Below, one piece after another: positions 1-8,777 of a stretch of 64,000 nucleotides of DNA. The notes beneath the pieces are model-generated. The model was not told where the DNA came from. It did no database searches and saw only the letters and a list, made by a program, of their open reading frames with translations. The stretch is from an uncultured Lachnospiraceae bacterium (GTDB taxonomy: Bacteria; Bacillota; Clostridia; Christensenellales; UBA1242). The translations under genes were made by a program, and so were the position numbers. Each line of letters begins with the position of its first letter. Position 1 is the first letter of the stretch. The DNA is taken from the NCBI GenBank assembly GCA_964437615.1, contig CAYTHL010000002.1, forward strand, positions 62 to 64,061, read 5' to 3'.

Positions 1-95
1 CGGAAGGGTTGTACAATTAGGCTTTTGGGCGAATACTTACACTTGCATATAGCAAATAAACCAAGCCGAACAACCCTCAGTCTGCCGCAAAGAAT
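1..95. repeat. Dispersed hairpin-rich intergenic repeat, copy A (left arm only, cut by the window edge and ending at the prfA stop)
   Basis: nt 1-93 align with 6617-6717 (cggaaRg..tacaa...gccRaacaaccctcagtctgccRcaaaga). The core caaccctcagtYtgccRcaaaga occurs at 71-93, 6695-6717 and 20731-20753. Confidence 0.6.
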
Positions 96-98
96 GGG

Positions 99-1172
99 TT
101 AGTTGGTGTCGCTAGCGGCAAGGCGGGCTTGTTGGTCTGCACGCTGCAGGTTTTCTATCATTTCTTCTATGTCGCCGTTCATAAAGTTTTCTAGACTATA
201 CAAGGTGCAGTTTATGCGGTGGTCGGTCACGCGGTTTTGCGGAAAGTTATAGGTGCGAATTTTTTCGCTGCGGTCGCCCGTACCTACTTGGCTACGACGG
301 TTTTGCGCGTACTCGGCATCTGCTTGGCTTTGATAGTAATTGTATAGTTTGGCTTTTAACCAGTTCATGGCCTTTTCTTTATTTTTAAGCTGGCTGCGCT
401 CGTCTTGACATGCCACTACTATGCCCGTAGGCAAATGGGTAATGCGTATGGCACTTTCGGTTTTATTTACGTGCTGACCGCCGGCACCACTACTGCGGTA
501 GGTGTCTATTTGTAAATCTTTTTCGTTAATTTCTACTTGAACATTCACAGCTTCTGGCAGCACGGCGACAGTTGCAGTGCTGGTATGAACCCTGCCCTGA
601 CTTTCGGTTTCTGGCACGCGCTGAACTCTATGCACGCCGCTTTCCCACTTAAATTTGCTAAAGGCGCCCTTACCCTTTACCATAAAGGAAACTTCCTTTA
701 CTCCGCCAGCCTCGGTATAGTTGCCGTCAAGTTCTTCTATTTTAAAGTGCTGGCTTGCGCTATAAAGTTCGTACATGCGCTTGAGTTCGGCAGCAAATAG
801 CCCAGCTTCGTCGCCGCCTGCCCCTGCACGAATTTCTATAATTACGTTTTTGTCATCGTCTTCGTCCTTAGGCAAAAGCATAATCTTTAGTTCTTCGGTA
901 TATTGCTCTATTTTTTTTCGCGCCGCCTTTTCTTCTTCTTTAAGCATGGCTCGCATATCCTCATCGGTTTCGGTGGAAAGCATTTGGTTTGCGTCGGATA
1001 CATCATTTTGTGCACGTAAAAGTTCGTCGTATTTATCTATAATAGGAGAAAGCTCGGCATGGTCTTTGCATAATTTTTGCCATGTCGGTTGGTCGGCAAT
1101 AATTGCTGGGTCTGCAATTTGCTCGGTTATTTGGTTAAAACGTTCTTTTAATTCTTTTAATTTTTCTAACAT
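99..1172 (-). CDS. prfA: Peptide chain release factor 1
   Basis: 357 aa. GGQ motif (SGAGGQHVN) and an RF1-type tripeptide context (RVPETESQGRVHTS). Sits next to prmC. Confidence 0.95.
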   Translation of the reverse strand: MLEKLKELKERFNQITEQIADPAIIADQPTWQKLCKDHAELSPIIDKYDELLRAQNDVSDANQMLSTETDEDMRAMLKEEEKAARKKIEQYTEELKIMLLPKDEDDDKNVIIEIRAGAGGDEAGLFAAELKRMYELYSASQHFKIEELDGNYTEAGGVKEVSFMVKGKGAFSKFKWESGVHRVQRVPETESQGRVHTSTATVAVLPEAVNVQVEINEKDLQIDTYRSSGAGGQHVNKTESAIRITHLPTGIVVACQDERSQLKNKEKAMNWLKAKLYNYYQSQADAEYAQNRRSQVGTGDRSEKIRTYNFPQNRVTDHRINCTLYSLENFMNGDIEEMIENLQRADQQARLAASDTN

Positions 1173-1314
1173 AATTCCTCCTATAATTTAAGATTTTGAT
1201 GCTAAATTTTACTATATTTTGTGCTAATTTTGCAGATTTTTAGGCAGTTATGCTAATTATTAGTTTTTATTTACCATGTTTTTTGCATTTTTAGCAATTT
1301 TAGTGTAAATTTAG

Positions 1315-2127
1315 CTATTTTGTTACTATTACAAACCTATTTTTACCTTGCATGTCGGCTTTAATTTGAATATCTGCAAAATCTTTAAATTTGCCAGCAA
1401 CAGTTTCGGCCATACCGTCCCCAACCTCTAAAAGCAACTTGCCGCCTTTTAAAATATAGGCGCCGACATAGTTTGCAAGGTAGGTATAATAGGCATATTC
1501 GTTTTCGGCGGCAAACAGTGCAATTTTAGGCTCGTACTTTTTGACATTTTTGTCTACCCTTGGGTCGTCTGCAGCAATATATGGCGGATTGCATATTATA
1601 TAGTTATAGTGCCCCCAAACCTTGTTTAGCATATCGCTACAAATTGTTTTTATGTTTACTTTATTTAGCTTAGCATTTTTGCGTGTAACAGTTAATGCAT
1701 CTTTGCTGATATCTACCGCCGTAACTTGTGCGGTTGTAGATTTTGCCACAGCAACAGCTATTGCGCCGCTACCACAACACAGGTCTAACACTTTTATATC
1801 TTTTAAATTTGTGTCCGCCTTAATGGCATTTATTAGCATGGCGGTTAGTTCTTCGGTTTCGGGGCGCGGGGTTAGCACTTTGCTATTTACTAAAATTTTG
1901 TTTCCGCAAAATTCTGTGTAGCCTAGTATTTGGCTAAGCGGTTTGCCTTTAGCAAGTTTTTTTGCATATTTTTTGCAGGTAGAAAACTGACTTTTTGTAA
2001 TTTGCTTTATGCCCGCTAGGCTTGCTCTGCCAATGTTTAGCACGCTACAAAAAAGCCAGTCTATGTCGCTGACATCGGCATTTTTTGCCAACAATTCTAC
2101 TTGTTTTCTTGCCGCAGAATACTGCAT
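1315..2127 (-). CDS. prmC: Release factor glutamine N5-methyltransferase (HemK/PrmC)
   Basis: 270 aa. SAM-binding VLDLCCGSGAIA and catalytic NPPY (IICNPPYI). Immediately upstream of prfA on the same strand. Confidence 0.9.
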   Translation of the reverse strand: MQYSAARKQVELLAKNADVSDIDWLFCSVLNIGRASLAGIKQITKSQFSTCKKYAKKLAKGKPLSQILGYTEFCGNKILVNSKVLTPRPETEELTAMLINAIKADTNLKDIKVLDLCCGSGAIAVAVAKSTTAQVTAVDISKDALTVTRKNAKLNKVNIKTICSDMLNKVWGHYNYIICNPPYIAADDPRVDKNVKKYEPKIALFAAENEYAYYTYLANYVGAYILKGGKLLLEVGDGMAETVAGKFKDFADIQIKADMQGKNRFVIVTK

Positions 2128-2213
2128 ACTTATTTTCCTTATAAATTAAAAAGTGCGTAGAATAATTCTACACACAAAAATGTGCAAGATATTGGCTTGC
2201 ACATAAAATATAG

Positions 2214-2426
2214 CTACTTTTTGTTAGTTGCGTAGCGCTTATTGAACTTATCTACACGACCGCCAGCATCGACAATCTTTTGAGTGCCAGTAAAAAATGG
2301 GTGACATTTGTTGCAAATATCTATCATGATAACATCGCCATTTTTTGTTGACTTTGTTTCAAAAGTTTCGCCACAAGCACATTTAACGGTTACTGTGTGA
2401 TAATTTGGGTGCAAATTCTCTTTCAT
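2214..2426 (-). CDS. rpmE: 50S ribosomal protein L31 (Zn-ribbon C+ form)
   Basis: [10 protein letters not shown]...CACGETF...[10 protein letters not shown] matches the L31 signature. I trimmed the track ORF (2214..2489) to the ATG at 2426, which is preceded by an AGGGAG SD. Confidence 0.9.
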   Translation of the reverse strand: MKENLHPNYHTVTVKCACGETFETKSTKNGDVIMIDICNKCHPFFTGTQKIVDAGGRVDKFNKRYATNKK

Positions 2427-2606
2427 TACTATTCTCCCTAAATTTTTTGCACAGCAATTATATAGCACCAAAATAAATTTGTCAAGCATTTTTTTAAAAG
2501 GCTTTTAAATTTACTAAATTTTGAGCATTTTGACTTTTTTGCTAGCCTCGCTTATGCATATTTATAAATTTTTTTTTGCAAAATATAAGTGTAAGGAGAA
2601 ATTTTT

Positions 2607-2708
2607 ATGTGGTGTTTACTGTCCCCTGCCATGGTTGATGTTATGCAAATTATAGAAGCAAGCAGCAACAACGGCTACATTTTTACTGCCCCAGAGATAA
2701 ACTATTAA
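2607..2708 (+). CDS. Candidate 33-aa small ORF (MWCLLSPAMVDVMQIIEASSNNGYIFTAPEINY)
   Basis: AAGGAGA SD at 2593-2599 lies 8 nt before the ATG at 2607, and a TAA stop is at 2706-2708. It is the lone plus-strand ORF in a 360-nt spacer between minus-strand genes and is below the track length cutoff. Confidence 0.25.
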   Translation: MWCLLSPAMVDVMQIIEASSNNGYIFTAPEINY

Positions 2709-2787
2709 GGCTTAATAAAAATTAAATTGCCAATTTGCCAGCAAAACTTGCAATTTGAAGGTTTAATATCTGCAACTTTTTATAAAA

Positions 2788-3381
2788 TTAGTACTCAAAA
2801 CTAATTTCAAAACAGATTGTGCAGCCCTTTAGTATGTCGCCAGCTTTGCCGTCCAGCCAAAACAGAAAGGTATATTCGGCGTCTTCTTGCGCATCGGAAA
2901 AAGTTGCAAGCGTTATAACGTCTTCTTTTAAGTTGTATGCACTATCGGGCACGTCTTTAATTGCAACAAACAAATTTTCACGTTCTTCGGCAATGTCGGC
3001 GGGGTCTTCGGGACTATCTATTACAATATTTTTTACAACAATCTTTAGCCCAGCGGCCGCCGTAATTTTTATTTTGCTATACACGCCCTCGCTGCCGTTT
3101 TTATCTGTTACCGTGCTTGGAATATTTGTTTCGGCATCGCTCTCGCCAGTGACCGGTTTTAACCCCAGCGTCATGTCCGAAAATTCAAGTTTAGTTAGCG
3201 GCGTTTTGGTATCGTCCTTGGCATTGTAAACCAGCACTCCGCTGGCCACGGTTATGGTAGGGTCTTTAATGACAATTTTTGTGTCTTCGTAGACAAAATT
3301 CATAAAACAAGAGCCTACTATGGCAAATAATACACTGCAAAGCAGCAGCACAATTGTGGTTGCAACATTCTTTTTGTTCAT
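2788..3381 (-). CDS. Secreted beta-rich protein, possible SipW substrate (TasA/camelysin-like architecture)
   Basis: 197 aa. N-terminal signal anchor followed by FMNFVYEDT, which resembles the xFAYFxDTE region after SipW-type signals. The C-terminal YTFLFWLDGKAGD...FEISFEY resembles TasA-family ends. Adjacent to the SipW-type peptidase. Confidence 0.35.
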   Translation of the reverse strand: MNKKNVATTIVLLLCSVLFAIVGSCFMNFVYEDTKIVIKDPTITVASGVLVYNAKDDTKTPLTKLEFSDMTLGLKPVTGESDAETNIPSTVTDKNGSEGVYSKIKITAAAGLKIVVKNIVIDSPEDPADIAEERENLFVAIKDVPDSAYNLKEDVITLATFSDAQEDAEYTFLFWLDGKAGDILKGCTICFEISFEY

Positions 3382-3426
3382 GCCAAATTATTGCACTATT
3401 TGCACCGCTTTATAACAATAAATCAA

Positions 3427-4248
3427 CTATTTTTTAGGATTTTCTACATATTTTATATCTTCGCTCATTTTAAACGCTAGGTAAAAAGCCATTATAATTA
3501 GCAAAATAAGCACTATTAACAATATTACACCAGCTGTTGTTCTAAAAAATACAAGCACGTTGCCAAGCACATGCATTGTTGCAACATGCACACCAACAAT
3601 TTGGTCTTCATTAATCGGCAATTTGTCGGGGTCTGAATTGTTTACGCCTTTTGTAATGTACTGCTTTTGCCCTGAACTATTTGTAATTATATCTATAATT
3701 TGATGCACCACAACTTGCCCACTTGTACTTGTATAGCCTATAACATTGCCGACGGCAAGATCTTCTTTTGAAAATGAACTTTTTAACACCACGCAGTCGT
3801 TTACCATAATTTGTGGTTCCATGCTATTAGAAATGACAACGTAAAACTTGTATCCAAAAAAGTTATGCTCGCCATTTTTGTCTATTAATATTGAGCACAT
3901 AAAAATTAATATAGGTGCCACAATTAAGAGCAAAACAAAAGTTGCTATACGCATTAGAACTCTGTTTTTACGGCGTTTTCGAAGCCTTTTGTACGCCTCT
4001 AAATCGTCGTAGATATCCACTTGATGTATCTGGATTTCAGCCACAACTTCTTTTGCATCTTTCTTTTGATTTTTTCTGCCACGTTGCACTTGCATATTAG
4101 ACTTATCTTTTTCTTTTTTACTTTTTTTAGCCGCGTTATGTTTAGATATATCCAGTTGATTACCCAGTTCGTCTGTGACAACCTCTATGCTCTTTTCGTC
4201 TATAACACTATTAGAGTTGCTAGTTTGTTTTTTAGCACTTGTTTTCAT
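3427..4248 (-). CDS. sipW: Signal peptidase I, ER/archaeal (SipW) type, with a ~110-aa basic N-terminal extension
   Basis: 273 aa. One TM segment, then the catalytic-Ser box ISNSMEP and the conserved His context QVVVHQII typical of Ser/His SipW/Sec11-type S26 peptidases. C-terminal TM also present. Confidence 0.75.
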   Translation of the reverse strand: MKTSAKKQTSNSNSVIDEKSIEVVTDELGNQLDISKHNAAKKSKKEKDKSNMQVQRGRKNQKKDAKEVVAEIQIHQVDIYDDLEAYKRLRKRRKNRVLMRIATFVLLLIVAPILIFMCSILIDKNGEHNFFGYKFYVVISNSMEPQIMVNDCVVLKSSFSKEDLAVGNVIGYTSTSGQVVVHQIIDIITNSSGQKQYITKGVNNSDPDKLPINEDQIVGVHVATMHVLGNVLVFFRTTAGVILLIVLILLIIMAFYLAFKMSEDIKYVENPKK

Positions 4249-4314
4249 AATTTTATTTTAGTATTTATATTTGGTTTTGTCAAATATATGCAAACTTAAA
4301 ATTAAGAAAAACCT

Positions 4315-4349
4315 AAAAGTAAAAAGCCAGCAGCTAATGCTGCCAGCTT
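4315..4349 (-). terminator. Intrinsic terminator after the 75-aa gene
   Basis: Minus-strand hairpin AAGCTGGCAGC-ATTA-GCTGCTGGCTT followed by TTTTTACTTTT. Confidence 0.55.
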
Positions 4350-4352
4350 AAA

Positions 4353-4580
4353 TTACATAGCCATGCCTTGCTCATCCTCGGGCTCCGGTTTTTGTTTTCT
4401 TGGTCTGCCCGGTTTAGAAAGTTCTCCACTTTCAATCTGCTTTTTAAGTTGTTTGTTAATCCAATTTATACGCTGTGTATACTTTGCGTGAATACTATTG
4501 CTGCCATAAAGCTCGTCAATGATTTCTTGGTTTGTGTTGCATTCTATAAGTTTGTTTCCACTTATCCAAATTTTCTCCAT
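4353..4580 (-). CDS. Small protein with a C-terminal AT-hook-like motif (KPGRPRKQKP)
   Basis: 75 aa. Strong GGGGAGG SD just upstream of the ATG at 4580, and a terminator hairpin downstream. Confidence 0.6.
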   Translation of the reverse strand: MEKIWISGNKLIECNTNQEIIDELYGSNSIHAKYTQRINWINKQLKKQIESGELSKPGRPRKQKPEPEDEQGMAM

Positions 4581-4707
4581 AGTACCTCCCCTTTGCTTGC
4601 GGGGTTATTATACAACACAATTTTGCATTTGTAAATACTTATTTGAAAATTTTTTATAACTCATTTTTTATGAATAAAGTATAGCTATTGTTGGTAAACT
4701 TATATTA

Positions 4708-4944
4708 ATGATAGTTTTTATTAATGTTAAGTGTCTGATGAAACAAGACGGCAGCATTACACCGCTTGAAATTGAGTGGTCTGACGGCAGAAAATTTTTT
4801 GTAGACCGCGTTATGGATATACGCAAAATGGCGAGCACTAAAGGAGGCGGCAAAGGCATACGCTACACCTGTAAAATAATGGGCAAAGAAAAATATTTGT
4901 TTTTAAACGGCTACCAATGGTTTGTAGAATTGCCAAATTTATAA
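4708..4944 (+). CDS. Hypothetical small protein upstream of dinB
   Basis: 78-aa ORF, with a possible later start at MKQDGS (4738). No clear SD. Same strand as dinB. Confidence 0.4.
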   Translation: MIVFINVKCLMKQDGSITPLEIEWSDGRKFFVDRVMDIRKMASTKGGGKGIRYTCKIMGKEKYLFLNGYQWFVELPNL

Positions 4945-5119
4945 ATTAATTAGCATTTTTTAATGGTATGCAGTAAATAAATGCGGTTTTTTATATATAT
5001 TTTACAAACTGTTTATGATTATGCTTATTTTTATGCAAATTTAGCAATTTGTTTTGTGAAATTTTATTAATATCTTTGAATTATTTAAATTTTTTGTTTC
5101 AAAAAATATAGAACAAAAT

Positions 5120-5156
5120 TAGAACAAATGCTTTACATTTTAAAACAAATGTACTA
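5120..5156 (+). promoter_or_regulatory. Two imperfect LexA-like half-palindromes in front of dinB
   Basis: TAGAACAAATGCTT (5120-5133) and AAACAAATGTAC (5143-5154). The first shares the 11-mer TAGAACAAATG with the perfect box at 42341. Each has 2 mismatches to GAAC-N4-GTTC. Confidence 0.3.
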
Positions 5157-5166
5157 TACTTTTTTT

Positions 5167-6435
5167 ATGAGAAAAATTTTGCACAGTGATTTAAATAACT
5201 TTTACGCCTCGGTGGAATGCTTGCTAGACGAAAGTTTGCGAGATTACCCTGTGGTTGTTTGCGGCAGCATTAGCGACCGCCATGGTGTTGTGCTTGCAAA
5301 AAATATGATTGCAAAAAAAGCTGGGGTAAAAACCGGCATGGTATTATTTGAGGCCAAAAATTTATGCCCCAACCTTAAAAGCGTCGAGGCGCATCACGAT
5401 TTGTACATGCAATATTCTAAGGCTGTAAAGGATATTTACCGCGAGTACACCGACCGCGTAGAGAGTTTTGGGATAGACGAGGCTTGGATAGACATTACCG
5501 ATTGCAAAAAGCATGGCGGGGACGCCTACAAGATTGCTGATGAAATTAGGCAGCGCGTTAAAACCGAAATTGGGCTTACCGTAAGTATTGGCGTCAGTTT
5601 TAATAAGGTTTTTGCCAAACTTGGCAGCGACATTAAAAAACCCGACGCAATCACAGTAATTACCCCGCAAAATTACAGACAAATTGCCTGGAATTTGCCC
5701 GTGGAAGACCTATTGTATGTTGGCAGAGCCACCAAGCGTAAGTTAAACTCTCTTACAATTTACACTATTGGCGACCTAGCTAACTTTAAAAAAGATATTA
5801 TTATTAAAAAACTTGGCAAATGGGGCGAGGTTCTGCACGAGTATGCTTGCGGGCTAGACAACGAGCCCGTTAAAACTTACGAAGAGCGCAACGAAATTAA
5901 GTCGGTTGGCAACAGTTTAACATTTTATCGCGACCTTACTTGCAACAGCGAGGTTGAAGCTCTGCTTATTTTGCTGGCGGAAAGTGTTTGCAGCCGCATG
6001 ATAGATTACGGATTTAAACTTGCTCGTACTATTCATTTAACAATAACAACCAACAATCTAGAAAGCATTACACGCATGGCAAAAATGCAGCCGACGGCAC
6101 TAGCAACAGAGGTAACTAGCGCCGCCTACGCCCTTTTTAAGAACAATTACAAGTGGAACAACGGGCTTGTTAGGGGGCTTGGCATTTCTGTAAGCGACTT
6201 TACCGACAGCGAACAACTGACATTGGACACAAACTCTAATAGTCGGCAGCGCCAAAAAATTTTGCAAGACACGGTAGAAACTCTTCGGCGAAGATTTGGC
6301 AGAAATATAATTAACAAAGCCATAATATATTCAGACAAGCGCATGACCGAACTTAACATAAAAGATGACCATATTATTAAACCCGGCAAAGATGTCAAAA
6401 CAACATCATCAGACCCCGCTATAGCCGACGACTGA
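5167..6435 (+). CDS. dinB: DNA polymerase IV (Y-family translesion polymerase)
   Basis: MRKILHSDLNNFYASVE..., FGIDEAWIDIT and SIGVSFNKVFAKLGSD are Y-family signatures. I moved the start from the track's 5128 to the homology-consistent ATG at 5167. No SD is visible at either position. Confidence 0.9.
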   Translation: MRKILHSDLNNFYASVECLLDESLRDYPVVVCGSISDRHGVVLAKNMIAKKAGVKTGMVLFEAKNLCPNLKSVEAHHDLYMQYSKAVKDIYREYTDRVESFGIDEAWIDITDCKKHGGDAYKIADEIRQRVKTEIGLTVSIGVSFNKVFAKLGSDIKKPDAITVITPQNYRQIAWNLPVEDLLYVGRATKRKLNSLTIYTIGDLANFKKDIIIKKLGKWGEVLHEYACGLDNEPVKTYEERNEIKSVGNSLTFYRDLTCNSEVEALLILLAESVCSRMIDYGFKLARTIHLTITTNNLESITRMAKMQPTALATEVTSAAYALFKNNYKWNNGLVRGLGISVSDFTDSEQLTLDTNSNSRQRQKILQDTVETLRRRFGRNIINKAIIYSDKRMTELNIKDDHIIKPGKDVKTTSSDPAIADD

Positions 6436-6616
6436 TAAGTGAGGATATAAGGCTATGATAATATTCCATGTGGCGTAAGAGCTTAAACGTTAAAAGGCGC
6501 CTAATAGATTATTTGCTATGGCTATAATGATGGGGTGAGCCTTGCCCCACTTGACTGTAACGCTAAACCCAAACACTTGTTGTTCCCCATAGTAAGGGGG
6601 ATGGATGCGTAGCACT

Positions 6617-7005
6617 CGGAAAGTTATACAACTGGGCGTTTGGTGGCTGATTAATCAAACGCATAGAGTAAATAGAAAACAAAATTAAGCCAAACAACCC
6701 TCAGTCTGCCACAAAGATTTGCCACATGGCAGGCAGCCCCCTTACTAGGGGGCAACAACTAACGCTCAGTTTTGCGTTTTAAAAAAACATTTGTGTTAGT
6801 TAAAACCCTAATTTGCCGCAAAGAGATAACTATGGCAGGCAGCCCCCTTACTAGGGGGCAACAACTAACGCTCAGTTTTGCGTTTAAAAAAAACATTTGT
6901 GTTAGTTAAAACCCTAATTTGCCGCAAAGAGATAACTATGGCAGGCAGCCCCCTTACTGCGTCACATCCTTACCCCATACGGTTTTTGTTAAAAACCTAT
7001 AGGGA
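6617..7005. repeat. Dispersed hairpin-rich intergenic repeat, copy B (full length with internal tandem duplication)
   Basis: Left arm matches copy A. The core plus the hairpins TTGCCACATGGCAA and GCCCCCTTACTAGGGGGC, and the right arm (gcgtcRcatYcttRccccatacggtttt...ayagggac), match copy C at 20727-20893. Confidence 0.7.
6696..6958. repeat. Tandem repeat, period 106-108 bp, ~2.4 copies
   Basis: atggcaggcagcccccttact starts at 6726, 6832 and 6938. aaccct starts at 6696, 6804 and 6910. Units 2 and 3 are near-identical. Confidence 0.9.
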
Positions 7006-7036
7006 CTCCGACCACCACTTGCCCTAGGATAAAGGC

Positions 7037-8761
7037 TTACTCCACTGTTACGCTTTTGGCAAGGTTTCGCGGGTGGTCTGGGTCCCAACCAAGCGAGATG
7101 GAAACTTGATATGCCAGTTGTTGCAAAGGCAGCACGGCAAGCAAACTGCTAAGTTGTTTATCTGCAATTTGTGGAATTTTTAAGCAATTATATGGCATAT
7201 TGGGCTTGTTTGTAACCAAAATTACATTGGCACCCCTAGATTGCACCTCTTCTACCCCGCTAAGAGTTTTTGCAGCAAGGGTTTCGTCCGTTAGAATAGC
7301 TATTAGCGTGGTATTTGGCTCTACCAGAGCTATTGTTCCATGTTTAAGCTCTCCAGCATAGTATCCGCAGGCGTCCATGTAGGCAATTTCTTTAAGTTTT
7401 AGTGCGCCCTCATAGGCTGTTACACCGTCATCTTGCCTGCCGATAAAAAATACGCGGCGGCTATTTTTAACTTGCTCTACAATATTTTGCGGGATAGGCT
7501 TGGCGGCAAGTTCTGTTAGAGGCAGATTTTTTAGCACCTCTAATTTTTTTGACGCGGGAGCGCTAATAGTTAGCAAATACAAAATGGCAAGCATGGCGCA
7601 GTATGCCTTTGTGCTGGCAACAGCAATTTCGTAACCGGCACGCAACGGAAAGGTTCGGCTAGACAATTTTGTAATCGCCGAATACTCAACATTGGTAATA
7701 GCGTACACTTTTGCCCCCTTACTTTTTGCAAGTTCGCCCACTGCAAGGGTGTCGGCAGTTTCGCCACTTTGGCTAACCAGTACCACCGCCGTCTGGGCGT
7801 CGATATCTGGCTCAGAATATCTGTATTCGCTTGCTATTTGAGCCGACGTTGAAATTTTTAGGTTTTTTCTTGCCCACTCAGCACCAAGCATGCAAGCGTG
7901 ATATGCCGTGCCGCAGCCAACAAAGACAATATTTTTTGTATCTGTAAACACGTTTTCTAACAGTCCAATATTGTTGGAGTAATAGTTATAAATATTGCTT
8001 ATAACGCTAGGAGTTTCGGCAATTTCCTTTTGCATAAAGTGCGCGTAACCATTTTTTTGAACGCCAGAAAAGTCGGCATCACAAACTTGAACGGGCAGCT
8101 CTATTTTATTGCCGTTTAAATAAAATATAGCCTCGGTTGCTGTAAGTTCTGCCATGCAGCCGTCTGGAAGCTCGTAATACTCGCCCTCTCCAAAGCAAGA
8201 AATATCACTGGCGGCAAAATAAGCGTCGTTGCGCTTGCCAACATAAAGCGGGCTTTTATTTTTTGCAATAAAAACTTTGTCCTCGCCAACATGTAGCACG
8301 CCAAGCGCATAGCTGCCAACAAGTTTTTTTGTTGCTGTTTGAAGCCGTTCTAGCGTGGTGCCGCTGGCTTTCTCTAACAAATGCGCCACAACTTCGGTAT
8401 CAGTTTGGCTGACAAAATTATTTTTGCCAAGTTTCTCTTTTAACTGGGCATAATTTTCGATAATTCCGTTATGCACAACGGCAAACTGCCCCTTTGGGCT
8501 AAGCTGCGGATGTGCATTTATTTTTGTAACTGCGCCATGAGTTGCCCAGCGCGTATGGCTTATAACCACAGACGCCTTTTTGTTTTCTATTAGCTTAACA
8601 AGATTATCTATTCTTCCAACTGATTTTTCAACTTTAAGTTTTCCGCCGCAAATAAATGCCATCCCACTGCTATCGTAGCCGCGATATTCTAGTTTTTTTA
8701 GCTGCTCGGCGACACTAACTAGTGGCACAGATTTACCAACATAACAAACTATTCCGCACAT
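7037..8761 (-). CDS. glmS: Glutamine--fructose-6-phosphate aminotransferase
   Basis: 574 aa. N-terminal nucleophile MCGIV, two SIS-domain regions, C-terminal ...NLAKSVTVE. Confidence 0.95.
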   Translation of the reverse strand: MCGIVCYVGKSVPLVSVAEQLKKLEYRGYDSSGMAFICGGKLKVEKSVGRIDNLVKLIENKKASVVISHTRWATHGAVTKINAHPQLSPKGQFAVVHNGIIENYAQLKEKLGKNNFVSQTDTEVVAHLLEKASGTTLERLQTATKKLVGSYALGVLHVGEDKVFIAKNKSPLYVGKRNDAYFAASDISCFGEGEYYELPDGCMAELTATEAIFYLNGNKIELPVQVCDADFSGVQKNGYAHFMQKEIAETPSVISNIYNYYSNNIGLLENVFTDTKNIVFVGCGTAYHACMLGAEWARKNLKISTSAQIASEYRYSEPDIDAQTAVVLVSQSGETADTLAVGELAKSKGAKVYAITNVEYSAITKLSSRTFPLRAGYEIAVASTKAYCAMLAILYLLTISAPASKKLEVLKNLPLTELAAKPIPQNIVEQVKNSRRVFFIGRQDDGVTAYEGALKLKEIAYMDACGYYAGELKHGTIALVEPNTTLIAILTDETLAAKTLSGVEEVQSRGANVILVTNKPNMPYNCLKIPQIADKQLSSLLAVLPLQQLAYQVSISLGWDPDHPRNLAKSVTVE

Positions 8762-8777
8762 AAAAACTCCTTATAAA

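Noticed and set aside
6696-6958. The tandem repeat as a possible CRISPR array.
   Set aside because: The period is ~106 bp, the units are contiguous and near-identical, there are no unique spacers, and the window has no cas genes.
6958-7005. The ccccatacggttttt...ctatagggac hairpin as a possible group II intron domain V.
   Set aside because: There is only a loose CCGUAU resemblance. I saw no AGC triad context, no GUGYG 5' end, no IEP/RT ORF and no domain VI.
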